DNA of 62,094 bases, the filler included, from Anaerolineae bacterium (GTDB lineage: Bacteria; Chloroflexota; Anaerolineae; Epilineales; Epilineaceae): the NCBI GenBank assembly GCA_029262755.1. It is 6 parts of 6 records of this genome, joined end to end, with 100 filler letters (N's around TTAATTAATTAA, not from the genome) between each part and the next. Parts side by side here need not be neighbours in the genome. Positions count along the whole stretch, not along the records: positions 59,006 to 62,094 come from JAJCYU010000276.1; 5 more parts are not named here. One strand, written 5' to 3'. Positions 60,512 through 62,094 of the stretch are shown here, piece after piece; the stretch's first letter is position 1; every line of letters starts with the position of its first letter. The notes beneath the pieces are model-generated. The model was given only the letters and a program-made list of their open reading frames with translations. It searched no databases and was not told where the DNA came from. Made by a program: the position numbers and the translations under genes.

Positions 60512-62094
60512 CTAATGCTCCGTCCGAGCATTCAACGAATTTTTCTTTCTTGATATAGAATGCCTTTTTCTTTTTTCAGTCCTTGTCCTATTTTCAGATA
60601 TAATCCCTGGTATCTTGATATAAGGACTTTTGAAATTATGGACTAATTTTTGAAGTGTAGGTATCACATCATCAGCAGAGTTATGCGTTACACAACGTTT
60701 CAGTTTTGAAATGACTTCATTAATACGTTCTAATGAAGGGCAAGTAGTGGATGCTATCATGAGTTTTTTACGAGTAGCTGAAATTGCCTGTTCTGACTCA
60801 TCAAAAAGCTCCTCGTACAATTTCTCTCCCGGCCTCAAACCTATAAATTTTATTTTAATTTCTTTATAGGGAATAAATCCTGAAAGTCTTATGAGATTTT
60901 CCGCAAGATCAACAATCTTTATCTGTTTTCCCATATCAAGCACAAATATTTCTCCACCTTCTCCCGCAGCAGCAGCCGTGACAACAAGCTGTACTGCCTC
61001 CGGTATAAGCATAAAATATCTCCTCATTTCAGGATGCGTAACCGTTAACGGTCCTCCCTTTTTCAGCATATCTTTAAAAAGAGGAACAACGCTACCATTA
61101 CTCCCAAGTACATTTCCGAATCTAACCACGGTAAATTTAGTACGTGAACAGGAATTCATACTAACGGTTAGAAACTCACCTATACGTTTTGTTGCTCCCA
61201 TTACACTTGTAGGGTTTACGGCCTTATCTGTTGATATTGTCACAAACTTTTCTACATTATATTTCGAAGCTATTTCAATAACGTTTTTGGAGCCAAATAC
61301 ATTATTCTTGATAGCCTCTAATGGGTTATCTTCCATCAAAGGAACATGCTTGTGTGCCGCGGCATGAAAAACAATATGAGGCTTGTGTTTTGAGAAAACA
61401 CTTTCTAACAATGAAATATCACATATATCCCCAATTATGGTAGTAATGTTAGTTCCGGACCACTCATTATTCCAATCGGTAACAATTCTCAGTTCATTAT
61501 CAATACTATACAGGCTATTTTCGTATCTATCAAGCAGTATCAAATTACATGGATTGTGCTTAACTATTTGTCTGCAGATCTCTGAGCCAATTGAACCACC
61601 AGCACCTGTTACCAGTATGGTCTTGCCCCCGATAAAGTCTTTAATCGCTTCAACATCCGTATGCACAGGCACTCTATGGAGGAGGTCTTCCAGCGAGATA
61701 GACTTCATACCCGAAATACCATTATATTTAATAAGAAAGGAGACAAGCTTTTCCTCAGTAATGTGACCGAGCTTTACGAGACGCAATCCAAGCTTTCCTC
61801 CTTTAGTTTTTTGAACTTTCAAGGCTTCACGTATTTGGTCTTGTGTTACCAGATCAGCAGCAATCAAACGCTGGCCGATTTTCGCCGAGTCGGAATCATT
61901 ACCGTTAAGTATGTCGCTCAACCCTGGCACTTTTTTAATTGGTATGTTGAATGGTTTACTTAATTCAAATACTTCTCTTAAGACTTTATTACTTGACGAA
62001 GTCATGGATACCAGAATTTCATCCGGCTTCTGTTTCTCTATGATCTCAGGAATCATGGCTATTGTACCAAAGTTTGGAACACCATGTATCGTAA
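60512..62094 (-). CDS. CapD/PglF/WbpM-type UDP-sugar 4,6-dehydratase with MshEN-like insertion, 5'-truncated
   Basis: Frame open to the window edge (TIHGVP...); EDLLHR, TGAGGSIGSE, HAAAHKHVPLME, STDKAVNPTSVMGATK, VRFGNVLGSNGSV, GLRPGEKLYEEL. Confidence 0.93.
   Translation of the reverse strand, partial: TIHGVPNFGTIAMIPEIIEKQKPDEILVSMTSSSNKVLREVFELSKPFNIPIKKVPGLSDILNGNDSDSAKIGQRLIAADLVTQDQIREALKVQKTKGGKLGLRLVKLGHITEEKLVSFLIKYNGISGMKSISLEDLLHRVPVHTDVEAIKDFIGGKTILVTGAGGSIGSEICRQIVKHNPCNLILLDRYENSLYSIDNELRIVTDWNNEWSGTNITTIIGDICDISLLESVFSKHKPHIVFHAAAHKHVPLMEDNPLEAIKNNVFGSKNVIEIASKYNVEKFVTISTDKAVNPTSVMGATKRIGEFLTVSMNSCSRTKFTVVRFGNVLGSNGSVVPLFKDMLKKGGPLTVTHPEMRRYFMLIPEAVQLVVTAAAAGEGGEIFVLDMGKQIKIVDLAENLIRLSGFIPYKEIKIKFIGLRPGEKLYEELFDESEQAISATRKKLMIASTTCPSLERINEVISKLKRCVTHNSADDVIPTLQKLVHNFKSPYIKIPGIISENRTRTEKRKRHSISRKKNSLNARTEH

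Overview
The window joins six assembly fragments with five artificial 100-bp spacers (N44-TTAATTAATTAA-N44), so neighbourhoods are only valid within a fragment. Fragments A-E (1-58905) are very GC-rich and look like one Chloroflexota-type genome. This is inferred from a Chloroflexi-style RecG N-terminus, GAAC-N4-GTTC LexA boxes, an ECF sigma/DUF5667 pair and C-terminal 'F-x-P-x-A-L-R' tails. They encode repeat-rich SdrD-B surface proteins, PhoX, ArsC, a vWA lipoprotein, thioredoxin, DinB, M14 and S8 peptidases, an ImuB-like/DUF6504 pair, a VOC protein, a Cys-repeat secreted protein, a P-domain protein, arginase, rpe, rlmN, two MoxR loci, glpX, rho, LysM-M23, YqeY, a 7TM-HD protein, ybeY, Sua5, HtrA and an alpha-2-macroglobulin. 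Fragment F (59006-62094) is AT-rich, almost certainly from another organism, and is part of a Wza/Wzc polysaccharide locus. The most notable observations are: (1) a CapD/PglF-type sugar dehydratase with an inserted MshEN-like c-di-GMP-binding module; (2) the same LexA-box promoter layout upstream of dinB and of a VOC gene; (3) a shared C-terminal tail on secreted peptidases that resembles the repeated strand of a putative scaffold protein; (4) a four-repeat CX3C-X10-C-X9/10-C-X10-CX3C secreted protein; (5) a DinB with a ~200-aa palm insertion; (6) a recurring ECF-type promoter motif. All family assignments come from motif recognition by eye; no database search was run.
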